Shown: positions 26,745 to 41,168, numbered from the whole stretch's first letter. The stretch: 63,801 bases of DNA, filler included, from Bigelowiella natans CCMP2755 (GCA_000320545.1; 4 parts of 4 records of this genome joined end to end with filler, not necessarily neighbours in it); one strand, 5' to 3'. A program made the numbers and translations. The notes: generated by a model from the letters alone, not told the origin.

Positions 26745-26882
26745 AAACGCTATATAATGAGCACATGTGTACCAATATGAATTTGTTGTGTATTTTAGAG
26801 GAACGCTCTCGAAAGCATTGGAGAAAGTTGTACGAGTCTGCTCAAGTTGTTTGCGAAAGATTTTGAGGAAAATATGCTCTAA
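24735..26882 (+). CDS. Cytochrome b5-like heme-binding domain protein (5' end uncertain)
   Basis: RYYTIDE|IRRHNTSMDAW|TVLGDVVFNITDYIEYHP|GGFDRIMQAAGQNATKLFEK|AHAYVNAKATLRPYILG; HPGG motif and second heme His present. Confidence 0.9.
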
Positions 26883-26949
26883 ATCAATTATGATTGGTGT
26901 GTATAGTCTTAGTCTACAACAGACAATGTGCGCACTCTCTCCCAAGCAC

Positions 26950-27950
26950 TTTGGTCACTCCTTACGTTGGCAAACATGTGCAGCATGCGTATTACTATAA
27001 TATACGGATTATTTAGACTATTGTTATTGTGGGACGCCCGAAATACATTAAAGGCATAATTTACATACCATACATGCCACACACACACACACACATAGCA
27101 GCTACAGTAGTGTCCATTTATTGTTAATGCATTGACTAGGTTGTGCATCATGACATGCATGAGGTATACTACATATACCATGCGCATCTATATCCATCAT
27201 AAGGATAACCTAGATAACCCTGTGCATAATCTGGACATCATTTTACACATGTATGCACATAGCAGCCCGCATAATAATCACAACGCTTGGGAAAAGAATG
27301 CCCGTGTGCTGACGCGGTATTGAAGTCAAATAAGCAGCACTCAGTCGTATCATCATGCAAACTCAAAGAAATGTTAGACAACAATAATGGATCAAGCTGC
27401 TTATTGTTGCTCATGCGTGAGGCCATCTACAGACAAGCGCAGCATCTGGACTGTGTCATTGTGCCATGTGCGGTCGCACATGTCTAGATGTTGGTAACAT
27501 TAAAAAATTCAACTGTAGCCCGATCTTGTCATGTACGCAAGTGAAAGCGCATGCACGTTGCTTGATCTTGTTCGTGCACAGGACGTTAAGACGTACGTAC
27601 GTACCGTCTAGCTAGATGTACACCTACAGATGGGCATGCTGATCTATCATGATCGTGCTTGCTCAAAACGCATTGTTCCTGCCATGTTGATTTTCAAACG
27701 TCCTTTTTGACATGTATGTCAATTGTCATCTCGACACTCACCTAGTCACGTGCACACACATGCATGTGCGCATTATACATAGGTGCGCTGCGTGGCGTTA
27801 ATTGTGTGTGTGGATTACTTATATGCACATGAGCATAATAGCTTTTTTTATTAGTAGATTATGCTGGCGTAGCGTGCACAGTACGTGACCATATTCGGTC
27901 TGATATCCAGAAGTCCACGCGTGCGATATTCAAGTATTCGTAGTTTTTGT
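26950..27950. other. CATG/TGCA/CTAG/GTAC-rich tail-to-tail spacer tract
   Basis: e.g. acgtacgtacgtaccgtctagctagatgtacac (27591-27623); between a + stop at ~26882 and a - stop at ~28034. Confidence 0.65.
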
Positions 27951-28033
27951 GCGATAATTAAGTATTCGTAGTTTTTTTGGTCATAGCATGCATGGTGGAA
28001 GATGGCCTGCATCAGAGTCGAGTTTGTGAGCAC

Positions 28034-28350
28034 TTATAAATTTGGGCTTCTTCTTTCAGATTTGTTAATTAAGTTGTTTCCTTTGATATTACACATTTGC
28101 CGTTCTTGAAAGGCCCGAAGTTCTTCACGATAGACGGGTGAGTAGATGTCATCTCAAAACACATGTCGTCCCAAATCTTGAATATGAACTTTCCCAGTTT
28201 TAGGTCTATCACAACACATAGACGAAGATGATGATGATGATCATGATGGTGATGACGATATCACTCACAAGATGTATAGTTAATAACATTATCTCTCGAT
28301 CTTGTTTATTACCTTGGGTGTTCCCTCTTTCTCCAATACCTCCTAACATC

Positions 28351-28384
<34 letters not shown>

Positions 28385-28446
28385 GGGGTATGCTCAATGC
28401 AAAATGATGATCATGCCCACACAAATTGCCATGCTACGATGATGTA

Positions 28447-28531
<85 letters not shown>

Positions 28532-28577
28532 AAAGGAAAATGTAGCAGGATGATCATTGTTTAAAAATGAACAACAC

Positions 28578-28619
<42 letters not shown>

Positions 28620-29853
28620 AGCCGTCCTGTAGCAGCTGTGTGCCTGATTATTACTCGAGTTCTTCCAAGGCTTCAGCACTAGTATGATGATGGTGATGAT
28701 GATGATGATGATGATGATGATGAGGAATAGCAATGGTCACGACAAAGACGACGACAACAACAACTTAGTATAAGAAAAACTGATCATATTAGAGGTGGCG
28801 ATAACATCTATGAAGCACGATAAGCTAAATAGCCATGAGGCTGTACTCACTAGGATGGGCAAAATGAACGGTTTTCCACATATGCCGATTCTCAAGCATC
28901 TGATGACGTTGTTGTTGATGATAATCACATAAGGAGAAAATGATGTACTTAGCGGGTTGTAGTTATAATCGGCATAATGCGAAAGTAAGGATGATAACGA
29001 GATAACGATAATGATGATGATAATGGCGGTAAAAGGGAAATTACTATCATTGGTATTACGTAATAATAATGATACAAACAACACTTACCATGGTTGCTCT
29101 TATTTGATTCTCCTGAAGCCAAGGATGAGCGACAGAAATGGATGGTTTGCTGTTGTTCTTCCATTCCAAATTTACCTTATAGTAGCATGTTCAGCTTAAA
29201 TCACAATCCACCATGATAATTTATATTTCCTCATATCATATGTAACATCGTCTTCTTCTTCTTCTTCTTCTTCTTCTTCATCATCATCATCATACTTGTA
29301 GCGTACACATACTCGCGAGACTGCAGAAAGTACACATGATGTATAATAAGGCTCAACATCCAAGTTTGTGCTAAGTAGCAAAAAATGGACGCATAATAAT
29401 AATAATAATACCTGGTCAAATTTCTCGTGAGCAGTTGTATCAGATGATAAGAGATTTTCCACATATTGGTCTCCAAATTGCCTTTCCTTTATTATTATCA
29501 ACGTTGGGTTGTAGGATCAACATTCTGCAGGATGTTAATAGTACAATGCGTGTAAGAAGAGATTATTGTATTTGAAGAATCACCTTATCATTTCTCCGAA
29601 ATACCTCCGCAATACCCATCAGCTCTACATTGTAATACCTGATGATATGTTGTTGTTGCATCATTATCATCGCCGTCATCGTCGTCGTCAATATTGATTA
29701 TTGAGCTGCTTCTTCTCAGCATTGTGTTAGTAAATTGTCATATCTTTCATTTGTTGTCGATGATGTTGTCGTTGTTATTGTCGATACTCAATTAAAAAGA
29801 TGATGCGTCAACAATTCGTCAGTGGTTATTCTACCAAGATATTTTTATGCTGG

Positions 29854-29887
<34 letters not shown>

Positions 29888-30667
29888 ATCTTTTCAGTCT
29901 TTCTACTTCTTCATAATAACATATGATAACAACGCTGTTACTACCATGGCAGTAAATGCAGCTCCTCGTCATAGAAATTGTTGATAATTCCTGAGATCAA
30001 CAACACAACAGCTTACGTAAAGAATATATCAGTAAATTAGCAGCCCTCCGCCACTTTGGAGAGTAGTTTGGTTTTTTACGCTATCTCCTCCTCCTCATTT
30101 TTTACGCTTTTCTCTTCTTCTTCTTCTTCTTCTTCTTCTTCTTTTTCTCTTTTGCTGCTGCTGCTACTGTACAACCACAACCACTACCACTACCTTGGTC
30201 AAGTGGGCCTGGAGAGTACCATTGTGTCAAATCCTTTCTGTGTTGTTAGCATGTACGTTGTAGGGTTAGAGTGTAACGGTTGCAATACAAACAAACAACA
30301 ACAACACTAATAAAGAAGATTTGAGAAGGCATCAAAGAGGACTCTAGACAACATGCCCCTTAGCAGCTATATATAGACCCTGTTTGGTGTGTGTTCTTAT
30401 GCATTTACTCGTGAATAATGCATCATGAACTACTATGTAAACAACATTTAGAATAACCTCATCGGTTGGTGATACTCTTCAGAATGGTGGAACAGAGGTG
30501 GTGGTGGTGGTGGTAGTGATTTATTTGTGACATTAGTTTCATCATCATTACGCATGATGACGACTTATGTTATATTTACTTGGTTAATTGCTGTGCCATG
30601 GAAAATAGATCTTGAAAGCTCTTTCTCGATGGTTTGAACAGGAGAAAGTCTATATGAAGGACATACA

Positions 30668-30702
<35 letters not shown>

Positions 30703-31570
30703 AGGATATTACTGTTAAGTTTTAGGTGCGTGAGTTCTCGCATCTATTCTCTATGGGATGAGTATCATATGATAATCTAACCTCCATTGACAGCGGGTGA
30801 TAACCAGTACATTTTCCAGTAGAACATGTCCGAGACAGCAGCAGGAGTGAGAAAATGAGGTCTTGTGAAGAGTTCATCTGACAGTAGCACCAGAACACAT
30901 TATTCATCACCACCCGAACAAAATCAACAAGAACGAAGAGCAAAACAACCATAAATAAAAATAAAAATTATGAAAGTCAGCTGTTAATAACAATAACAAG
31001 CAAAATACATATTATCATTTATATTGTATGCAAAACTTGTTGTATGAATATGTGGCACTCGGTAGTAGTAGTATCGAAAGATGCTAGAGGATGCTGCTGC
31101 TCCCATATATGATCATAATTCGATTTTCAACTCTCACATTCAGCTACTACCGATATTCTTCATGACAAGACAATCCGTCCCCATCCACAGAATCTAGCCG
31201 TGGTCATGAAATCGTCAGAAATAGCCAGAGGTGGGTGCTTGTGCTATTTCTTAAGTGTTCGCAGTACCTTGTCGCATTGTTCTAACTGCCATGCATTGAA
31301 CTTAAATAAATATGGTGCGAGCTCTTCGATTTTAGGATCAGTGAAATGGAGGGAAGGCATCTGAACAAGCTCATCCCACACGCCTGAACAACAACATGGT
31401 TGTATGGATTTGCATTATTGTCACAACTAAAATACATACAGTCAGAGTGAACGTTCGACCTGCCTCTTGAATCATGTCGATTAAGGTGGAATTGGTGGCA
31501 GTATTTCTTATTTCTGATTTTACTTTGTCGTCGTGAATTAGGATGAGCCTGTGACCAACAGAACACATGA
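28034..31570 (-). CDS. Multi-exon hypothetical protein
   Basis: Coding-like AG/GT-bounded exons between microsatellite introns (e.g. DELFTRPHFLTPAAVSDMFYWK; ERQFGDQYVENLLSSDTTAHEKFDQ; DLKLGKFIFKIWDDMCFEMTSTHPSIVKNFGPFKNGKCV...NL*). No family recognised. Confidence 0.45.
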
Positions 31571-31899
31571 TTAGAATAAGAAGCTCTCAACACATTGGAA
31601 ACGACGACGACGAATAAAATGAGTAGTATCTATCATTATAAAGATGGGAAAATAAGTACTATGCTAGTTATCTTAGACTGGCCATTTTTCAAACAAATAT
31701 TTTATTTGGCCATCAAATAAATATTGACCTTGGAGATGGTTTCAAATTTGTATGAGCTCGAAAGCTATACCCAAGAGAGAGCGCTCCTGAGCACATCAAT
31801 GCTAGCTTAAGTCAAATGGGAGGTAAACCAGTCATAATCAAAACAACCTAGAGCATATCCGAGATCAACAGACTCCCCGGCTACCATCGAAACGAGGCA

Positions 31900-33300
31900 T
31901 GATGTTTTGGGGGATTTTTGGGGTGAGAAATTTAAGCTCTCAATCCTCCTTTTTCCGGTCGATTCCTGTTGTTTAGTGGAATATGATGAGGTATGCTTGC
32001 TGCCGTCACTTTACGCACAGATGTATATTACCGCGGAGACTGTTGTCTCTGGGAAGTTGGGGAGGAATGGTAAAGCTGAAAGCAGCAGTAGCCCTGCCCC
32101 ACTCCCATGCTTCATTCCGTTAGTGAGGCTAGAATAAGAGCTATCTCAACCAAACTTATCATTTCGGACACAGACATTTTTTCATCTATACACTTCCATA
32201 CTGATGTCGCATCTTTGAGCTGAAGGTCATCTTCAATATCTCGAGATACGAATCATTGAAAAATAATGGATGAGATAGAAAGGTAGGACTGATCACAACT
32301 GATGATCATCATACGACTGTACACTCAAAGGAGCAGAAGAAATCAATTATAAACTCCTACATTTTCAAAGAGCGACATCAAATATGCGATCTAAATCTCA
32401 CATCTTGAGAGCAGTAACAGCTTCATGTGCTCACATCTTCAGTTTCATTCTTCATTCTTTTCCGGCCCTCAATTCTTCTTGGAGGTCCTGAGGACTTGTG
32501 GATTGAGGAGGACACGAACAAGCCAGCGTGTCTCATGATCTCATGATCCTTTCGACAGCTCCGATGGAAACACTCCTTTCTCTCTTCTTTCTTTTTTGTT
32601 CTTTTTTTTCTTGCTAGCTTGCTCCACTCATGAAATTCTCACGCAGTTTGGAAACAACTTGTTCATGGCTCTATGCCTGCCAACAGAGCCAAAAAGGTGA
32701 CGACAGACACCATTCTCTGTCATCTTGTTGTAGTTTTCTTGGACACAATGAACAACCATGACAAGCAAAGGAGGTCATTCTGAATGGAAGTGCACGGCCT
32801 CGTTGTGCTGGTCACCTGGTCCACATCCCACAGAGAAGTGCGGCACTCAAAGCGCAGTCCAGCCTCTACCGGCATCTTGTCCTTCGCCTTGATGGAGATT
32901 CGGTGAGAAGGAAGGAGGAAAGAATGAGGAGTGGGATCATTGTCATTGACAACGAGACTCATTCACGTGCACAATGCTCGTTCATGGACGGGACGCTTTG
33001 CAAATTTGATGCATGCATTCATGGAACATCCTTCACTGCTGCTAGAATGCACTGCCGGATCATGAACTCTGAAACTCAAGAAGATCTGCACTTGCCCATT
33101 GCAATGACATTTGGGTACTCTCTAGCTCTGTCACAGCCAGACAGATTGAACAAAGATCCATGCTGTTTCGATTCCTGACAATCAATGACAGTGAAGACCT
33201 TGACTAACTGACTAACGACTGTTGCTAGCAGCAGTAACTCAACTTGATGAGGAGAAGCCATTGTGTTCCATGTGATTTTCTTGCACGTGAAGCTGTGAAT
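31900..33300 (+). pseudogene. Decayed coding sequence (pseudogene or TE relic)
   Basis: Frame 32735-33298 (~190 codons) is broken only by TGA stops and is His/Cys-rich; spliced-looking exons lie upstream at 31960-32070. Confidence 0.35.
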
Positions 33301-33681
33301 TCGTATTCACAAATGCACACGTACTGGCGCTCTCTCTCATCATGCAATGCATGGCGCTTCAGCTGATGCGCATCACCGTGCATTTTAAAGCGGCCGTCTT
33401 TTGTTTGTATAATTATATATTTCATGTAGGTTTACAGAACACTTTAAAGAAGATATCAGAGTATCATCAACTCATTTAATGTCAAAGAATTTGAAATTAA
33501 AGCCTCCATCATACGACGGAAGAATGCACTAGCTGATAGTACTTCATGTGCATTTGAAGGTGCTTTACGTTTCATGCCTATTGATGCTGTTATTGTTCTT
33601 CTTCCCAGCAGCATCCTAATTGGACAGAATGGAGTAATGATGGTTATTGCTACCAAAAAAGTACTACTCTCTAATGGACTT

Positions 33682-36434
33682 TCAATGTTTCATTTCTTTT
33701 TTTCTTTCTCTATTCAGTCTTTTATTTTTATGTGTAGTAGATGTTAATTGTGCTACGGAAAATGAAATTACCAGGAGTAAGTATAAGGAGTTAAATTCTT
33801 TATCTTGTCGTAATGGCTGCTGACTATGCTGCCTCTTCTTCATCAACACCATATCATATTTGTCTTCGTCATAATCATCATTCTTCCTCAACACAGCAGC
33901 GGCTGAAGGTGTAATACGCCCAGTAGACTGTCCTTCGTTTAACTTTGCAAATTTTCGACCTCTTCTTCTTACTGTAGTTATATCTGGTAAATTCTTTGCC
34001 TCCCCCCCACCATTTTTCTTAGAGCTACTTATACCTGTCTTCGCTTTTCCATCCTTACATTCACCGTCAACATCACCACCGCCATCTACAGATTTTGTCC
34101 TTCCTCTTCTTCTTTTGCTAGTTCTTGAACTTCGATGTCCGGACTCATGCGACGGTGAGGTTGACATTATAAAGCTAGTTACTGCAGCTGCGGACGATAC
34201 ATGCTGTGCATTGTTGCCTTTTGAAGAGATACTCGTCTTGGTACCATTAAATACGCTTCTATTGCAGACTGTTGGACTTTCTACTGCGTTTCCCTCCCTG
34301 TATTCTTCCATTCTATCGGTGATAGTGGAAATTTCCATCCCTTTACGTTCCTTCGAATCACCGCTGGCAGTACCATCAGGATGGGCATCGGTTTCTCTTG
34401 TTGCATATGTGCTGCTTCTTTTCCCAAAGATTGCTCTCTTCCTTTGGTAGCTTAGTTCTTTTATTACTTCCTTGTTCTGCGCGTTTTCTGACTCTAATCG
34501 CCTAATTTCGGCTGTCATTTTCGTGACAATGCCCTGTTGTTGATGTAACTGCCTACGAAGCCACTGTTGACTAACCCCCATCTGATCATTGTTAGAAATT
34601 GCAGTAGTATTGTCGTCACATTGTTGATCATGATGATACTCCATGCTGTTGGCACTTAAACTTGTAAGAGGGAGAATAGCCGCAGTGCAGGCTAAGGTAG
34701 AAACTGAATTGTTTGTAGGATTTAATGTCGTAGTAGTGTTCACTGTATCTTGTTGCGTTTGAAACCGTTTCTTGTTTACAAACATGCTATTATGTTGAGA
34801 TTCGGCTTTTCCCAGCTGTGTCTCCATCATAAATGCTTGCACATTGTCTGCCGCCCCTACATATGTCCCTTTCTTCTCTTCCTTCCCCGCTTCCTCTACT
34901 ACCTTCTTCTGCTGTAGTGTAGTCGCCGACGTAGCTGCAGAACCGACAGTTATTGCAAGCTTTGCCGCTACTGCTGCCTTCGCATGGTTACAAGCAACTC
35001 TGGAAGAAGCACCAACAGCAGCTATTACTTCCTCCTCAACTTTCTTCTTTTCCTCGCTAGTTGTAGCTTCTGGTGATGTATGCACTGTTGGGGCTATATT
35101 CATCGATGTCATTGCTGTCGTTGTCCTCGTCTCTGGGGTAGTAGGAGTCGACTTTTTAGTTAAGATTGTCGGGACAGAGGAGTATGATGTTTGCGATGAT
35201 GATATGTGAGCGCGCATAGGAGGAAGCATGTTAATATTTTGTGCAGTTGAAACATTGTGATTCAGCGTGATTGGAAAAAAAGTAGTGGCAGCGGCACCAT
35301 GAGCAGCAGCAGCAGCATCACCAGTCGTATCCAGTAATTTTGTCGCCCATGTCGTTGGTTTCCTCATATGTGAGGTGGGAGTAGGGGTCGTGCCCCTCGT
35401 TATCGCTAAAGTAGTACCTGACGACGCCGAATCAATTGATAGCATTCCCACGACGTTTGTAGCAGTTGGTGTTTTCGCAACTGTTTCCTTGACACCTGCT
35501 TCCGTTTTGAGGTGGGTTGACGAAAAGTGCCGTGCATGAAAGGTCTTTAGCTCAGCATTTTGTTTCAATAATGCGGTAAGAAGTTTGGCTGCCTCAGCTA
35601 GAATAAAGGCCCTCTCCGTGTTAACCCCGTTTGGAAGGTAAGGCATCAAAATGCGTCGAAGAGTGTCAATCTGGGAAATACATAAGTCATTTATGCGGTG
35701 CCATTCCCATAAAAAGAAACAAGAAAGTAGCGTACACGTGCCATGGGCCTATTAAGTTGATTAGGGTAATAATTCACTAATTCAAAAGTTTACCCTCTCT
35801 TTCAAAACGCTTCTTCTGTGCCTTTCCCTTTCCTTCTTTCGTTGTAATTTAGCTGGAGTAGAAGTGCTCCGATCGCCAAGATTTGCTGGTTCGTTAGGTG
35901 TACCAACCAAAACAGCAGTGTTGTTCGTAACGGCACTAGCAGTAGCCGCAGTCGATTCGCTGTGTGGAATTATTATATGAGTATTCATGACGTTTAGCAA
36001 TATCTGAGATTAGATACCAAAAACTTCAAAAAGTAAAGACCAAACACTTGCTCCATCGCTGCCACCACTCGTTTAAAAAACGAACGTAATCAATTCAGCC
36101 TATTTTTTTACCAAATTTGGAAGACAGGACGTGCAAGGACAGCGGGTGTAGGGCCGGGTTTGATTAAGCTAGTTTTCTTGTGCTGCGCGCTTTGTATTGG
36201 AACTATATCTCCCGGAACTTTCTTCTCCTCTCTAGATTTCTTTCCTAATGTTTTGTCCGAGGTGGATGATTCGTTCAAATTTGGGTTCGGGGTTTGAAGA
36301 CCACACGTGTCATCGCTTGAAACCGGTACAGCTGGCATCCTTTCCTTCACCTCAGGGGTTAATACAAAAGGCTCTCCAATTCCACCTTTCTGAACTACTT
36401 TACTGTGCTCTGTCTTCCACTTCCCCCCCCCCAT
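33682..36434 (-). CDS. bHLH(-zip) transcription factor with a long low-complexity tail and coiled coil
   Basis: Splicing 35794|35671 gives KLQRKKERERHRRSVLKER|IDTLRRILMPYLPNGVNTERAFILAEAAKLLTALLKQNAELK (basic-helix1-loop-helix2). Continues into the 655-aa ORF. Ends approximate. Confidence 0.7.
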
Positions 36435-37422
36435 CCATCTCCCAGATAGCAAAGGCAACACGTATCCGTGCTGAACGAATCGATTTGTCGTCAAGCTTGG
36501 AAGATTGATTAACATTCTTCAGAGCCGATTAGCAAACACTATCATATATAGAAGATCGGGGTATTCTGTGTTACGACTTCGTCCTTTGCTTGATGTACAC
36601 GAAAATCATCGACAATATAATATTTGGTATTCTGTTTGTGGGCTGAATGTGTCGTTAATCACACGTGCCAAATAGTTTTTAAGACATTCTCTCTGAAACT
36701 CTCACAGATATTTTTAGTTTCCTTTAAAAATGTTTGAACGACAATAAATCTATGGAAAATAATCTTATAATATGAGATAGAGATACTTCTTAAAACGCAA
36801 TTTATTATGCTAAGGTATACACATTTGCATAGGAAATGACACGTGCCAACAGAAATCGGCCTGTCAAGAAAATCGCGGGAAATTCAGGGAGATTCGACAC
36901 TTCCTACATGTAGATCTACGTATCCATTCGGTGACAACCGAAAAAATATTTATCAAAAATATCGTGTTGGGTTCTTAATAAAGACATCATATTCTGGATG
37001 AAGACAACATCTAGATTGTTGTCTCAGAGCTCAAATCAGTTTCTGGCATCTCAGATAAGTCAGCTGCTCGCTGCTGAGAAATCTTGGCCATTTGATCATG
37101 GTTTCGGTATGTGGTGCAGAAATCGAAGACTAATTTGCCAACAGCTTTGGTCACTTCTTTAATGACATAATAAGGGAAAATTAGCAAACATCCCCATCAT
37201 TTAGATATCTTACATTGTACCCCCTCTCCTAGAAATTGGTACCCTCGCACCATCTCGGAATATGCAATAAGGTAGATTCTTCTAATTCCAGCAGCAAATC
37301 CATGAGCAGCTGGTGCACTATCAATTATCTCAAAATAATAAACAAGAAAGAGTAGTATGTCCTGAGAAGAAAGTCCTAAACATCTTTCTTTAGGTACAAA
37401 ACTTGGATGTTACGCTGTTGCC

Positions 37423-37469
<47 letters not shown>

Positions 37470-37616
37470 AGGAAGGAAGCCCATCCGTTGGCGTGTATTC
37501 GCAGCCTTTCGGTACAAAATGTTGATCTCCTTTGAAATCGATTGAAAAGGACAACACAAACCAAGCTGCCTCGCCGATACCCCCATCCCGATATCAACGC
37601 AAGGATCTATTCTAAA

Positions 37617-38968
37617 ATGCTGCGAACTGCCTTCAAGACTCTCCTTTACCGGTTGCCTAACTCTACAAAAATGTCCGGTCCTTTGCTGGCTGCTGGGGTT
37701 ACGTTTGCCGCGTGGACATTCAAAAAAGAATTAGCCCAGTGCGAAATGAAAAAGGCGGCGAAGGATCTTAAAAGATTGTTGCCCGTGGGTGTGACTCCTG
37801 AATACATAATAAATAAGTATAACATGAACTGACATACACTTAACGAGAGTTAGAGAACATTTTCATACATCTTTGGGGATTTTACTTATCAATTTTCTGT
37901 AGGTTTGATAAATGAGCAAAATCTTTCAGCATTCAAAAAGTATGCTAATGACGGATATATGAGCAAGGAATCGTTCTATATCGCGATGAACGAACTTGGA
38001 GTTTTCAATGAAAACGTTATCCACTCGTTCTTCAAGTGTTTCGATAAGGTAAGCAGCGAAGAAAGATAAAGAATCAACCTTAAACCGTAAACGTTGCACT
38101 TGCTTGCAACCTTCTAAGCTTCAATTAATTGAGGACTAATTCGTCCAGGCTGGAGATGGTTTCGTATCTTTTCAAGAATTTGTGTCCGGAATCGCTGCCA
38201 TTGGAATGTCTGGAGATCCAATAGATCGCATGAAATTCGGTATCATTTGTAGGATAGTTTTCCATATAATTTGTGCGAGCTAAAAACAACTACTTATTCT
38301 TAGTTTTTCAATCATGCGATTTAAACGGCAACGGATACATCGAAAAGGAAGAACTTCGGTACTTTTACATCTGTCAATTTCATATATCAGTAGTAATTTG
38401 ATTAGATGCTTTTGTTCCGAAGCCAAATTCATTCTTATTCTGTATCATAAGGAGAATGATCCATGCCTTGTTGGTTACTCGTGAGAACCTCAACTACTAC
38501 TCGGAGGCCATCGTCGGTCCAAGGTTGGTGAAGTAGTAAAGCTGAAATAAGAAGAATTAGTACGTCGAAGAATATCAAAATGTTATTATTTTAAAAAAGG
38601 AACTGGACTGAACGAAAGCTACGATACGAGAAGCAACTTCAAAATCATAAGCGGAAGGCATATCCTTCAACGGGTATGGTAGAAGTTGTGATAATTGTCT
38701 ACCTTGCATGAACAATTACATAATCCACTACTCCCATGCCAGAGCAATCAACACAAGATCTTTCATTATTTAGGTTTCGTAGATTATAGAGAGAGTGAAC
38801 AGCTTTCAATCTTCGACGAATGGAATCGTGCCGTTCTAATTCGAAAAGAAGAAGAGAGTGATGACTACAACCCTGATGCAAATGCCAACAGTAAAATCAC
38901 GGCTGCAAGCAGTACGAATACGCCTATAACAAAGGCTCAGGGGGAAAGACTTCACCAACTCTATCGGG

Positions 38969-39005
<37 letters not shown>

Positions 39006-39696
39006 CCTCCATTTATGAACCATCTGGTAACATATATGCCTTCCTTCTTGGATTCGACTGAAGAGTGAAAAACGGCTTCAGGCCGTTTTCAGCGAAAGAT
39101 GCGAATTCAAATGAAGGATCACATATAGAAAATTGTTGGTCAAACTATATAGTAGCCATTCTCATTGTGCGTACTGGTTATGCATGGTGAAAGGAGTTTC
39201 CAGAGCTCAAAGGCCAGAGCCTGAACCATTGCTTAGCTACCCTCTCGGTAAGAATGCATTACCTAACAAACTAGAAGAGGTAAAACTAAATGTAAACATG
39301 CAACACAATGGTACTTATGTTTCCTAATCATAGTCTCAGCATTTTGATGTAGTCATTTATTTTTGACGCAGGAGACCTTCTCAAACCAGATTTTCAAGCA
39401 TGCCGACTCCAACAACGATTCTGTTATCACCTACAGAGAGTTTCAGTCCTGGGCTGAAAAAGGTGGTTGTCAAAAGGATAGATACCAAAATTTTCAAATA
39501 GTTTCGAAATTAGGGTAGAACCAACTTTTTGAAGATACTCTCTGAGGGTTCTCATGTGTGGTCAGGAAGCAAAGATGCCAATTTCTTGTTCTCATTGTAC
39601 AGTGATTTTCACCTGGTAGATGGAAACACTGGTTCCGACACAATTGTCAATGACGAGGAGATTTATGACATGAATCAAGAGTTTGGTTTACTGTGA
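37617..39696 (+). CDS. EF-hand Ca2+-binding protein (calcineurin-B/NCS-like) with mitochondrial-type presequence
   Basis: MLRTAFKTLLYRLPNSTKMSGPLLAAGVTFAAWTFKKELAQCE...; EF loops FDK|AGDGFVSFQEF, CDLNGNGYIEKEEL, ADSNNDSVITYREF; ends ...NQEFGLL*. Confidence 0.85.
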
Positions 39697-39799
39697 TCGG
39701 CCATCAATTTTGTACAAACCATAATCATTCACAGAGTGCAAATTATCATTCACTTAGCTTATGTTCGCAAATCGGCCTTTACTATTCATTAGTAGTGCA

Positions 39800-40600
39800 C
39801 ACTTCTTTCATCATTTCTAGTGCATAATGACATCTACGATTCAGCACTTATAGCAAACTTTTAGATCGATTTGAATTGCCCATCTAGTCATGCCGAACTA
39901 AATGCATTGAACATTGCAAAGACTTCGATTTTCATTTTTATTCTAATACGACACTAGCTAGCTGAGTGTCTAGATGTGTGCGCGATCGCTACGCTAGATC
40001 GCTGATCGGTGCAATCTTGGATGGCATTCTGGCATGCCATGGCATGTCCTCATTCCAGTTTTGTTGTGGATGATGACAGCTAGCTGTGGAGAGCGAGCGT
40101 AGTACAATCAGTTTTGCTGTCTGGCTGCTGCACAGTCTAGCAGTGCATGCTGCTGCCTAGCTCTGGAGCTAGTCAGCTTGCTATGTTAGTAGCTAGGCTA
40201 GTAGGTAGTGCAGTGCTGAAAGCAACATGATCCAGATGAGCCACATTGTGCCGCACTTGGGACAACGTCTGCACTGCTACACTAGCTAGCTAGCACAGAT
40301 GCACGACGCCACAACGACGCCTGTCCCATCTCTGCTACCGCGCGTGTGATCATGCTAGCATGCATGCAGTCCAGCGCACACAATTGCTTCTAGCGCAGAC
40401 ATGCATGTCGCATTGCGTGGCGTCACATGTGAATGTGTTTGCTCTGTGTGGGTGCATCATGGAAGCAAATGCTGCCATCGCATGCATGGTGTTTTGAAAT
40501 TTGCACATGGAGCACATAGTCGCATCCTGTCTGCTGTGGCATGTACACATATGCTGTGATGCAGTAGCCATGTGATATGAGATAATCATGTCGATGAATT
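39800..40600. other. CTAG/CATG/TGCA-rich tail-to-tail spacer tract
   Basis: e.g. cactagctagctgagtgtctagatgtgtgcgcgatcgctacgctagatcgc; between the stops at 39696 (+) and 40613 (-). Confidence 0.75.
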
Positions 40601-40612
40601 TCTTGTAGCTTG

Positions 40613-41168
40613 TTAGGAATTGAAAAAGTTATTGTTTTTTACTGGGGGAATTCGTCCTCTCCTTCCATCCCCTACGCGATGAATCTGGTGAACGCCATTG
40701 TGTTGGCGTCCTCCCCTACTACTTCTATTACCACCTCGTCTATAACTATTGCTACCTCCATTAGCAGCAGCTGATGGTACCCTGCTGTTCTGTTCACTTA
40801 TAGGAGCAGATCGTGATGGTCCCTCAGCAGCTGCACTAATTGCATTATCACCTTCACCATTATGCACATCATCTACACATAAATTTTGCCTCTGGTGTCT
40901 GAAGAGCTTACTATTACTAGTACTAGTGCTGCTGTTGCTTCTGCCTTTTTTGGGACCCTTTTTACTAATCTTCTTATCGTTGCGGGCAAGAGCAGCTGGA
41001 CGCAAACGAGTAGCACCAACATTAGTTGCTGATGATGACGATGAGACATTACGACGACGACGGGTGTTTGTACTGCTTCGGCGATTGATGCTGCTACTGC
41101 CGCTACTACTTCCACTTCCGCCCTTCTTGGTCAATTTTCTGAAAATCGTGTAATTATTTATGGTTCGT

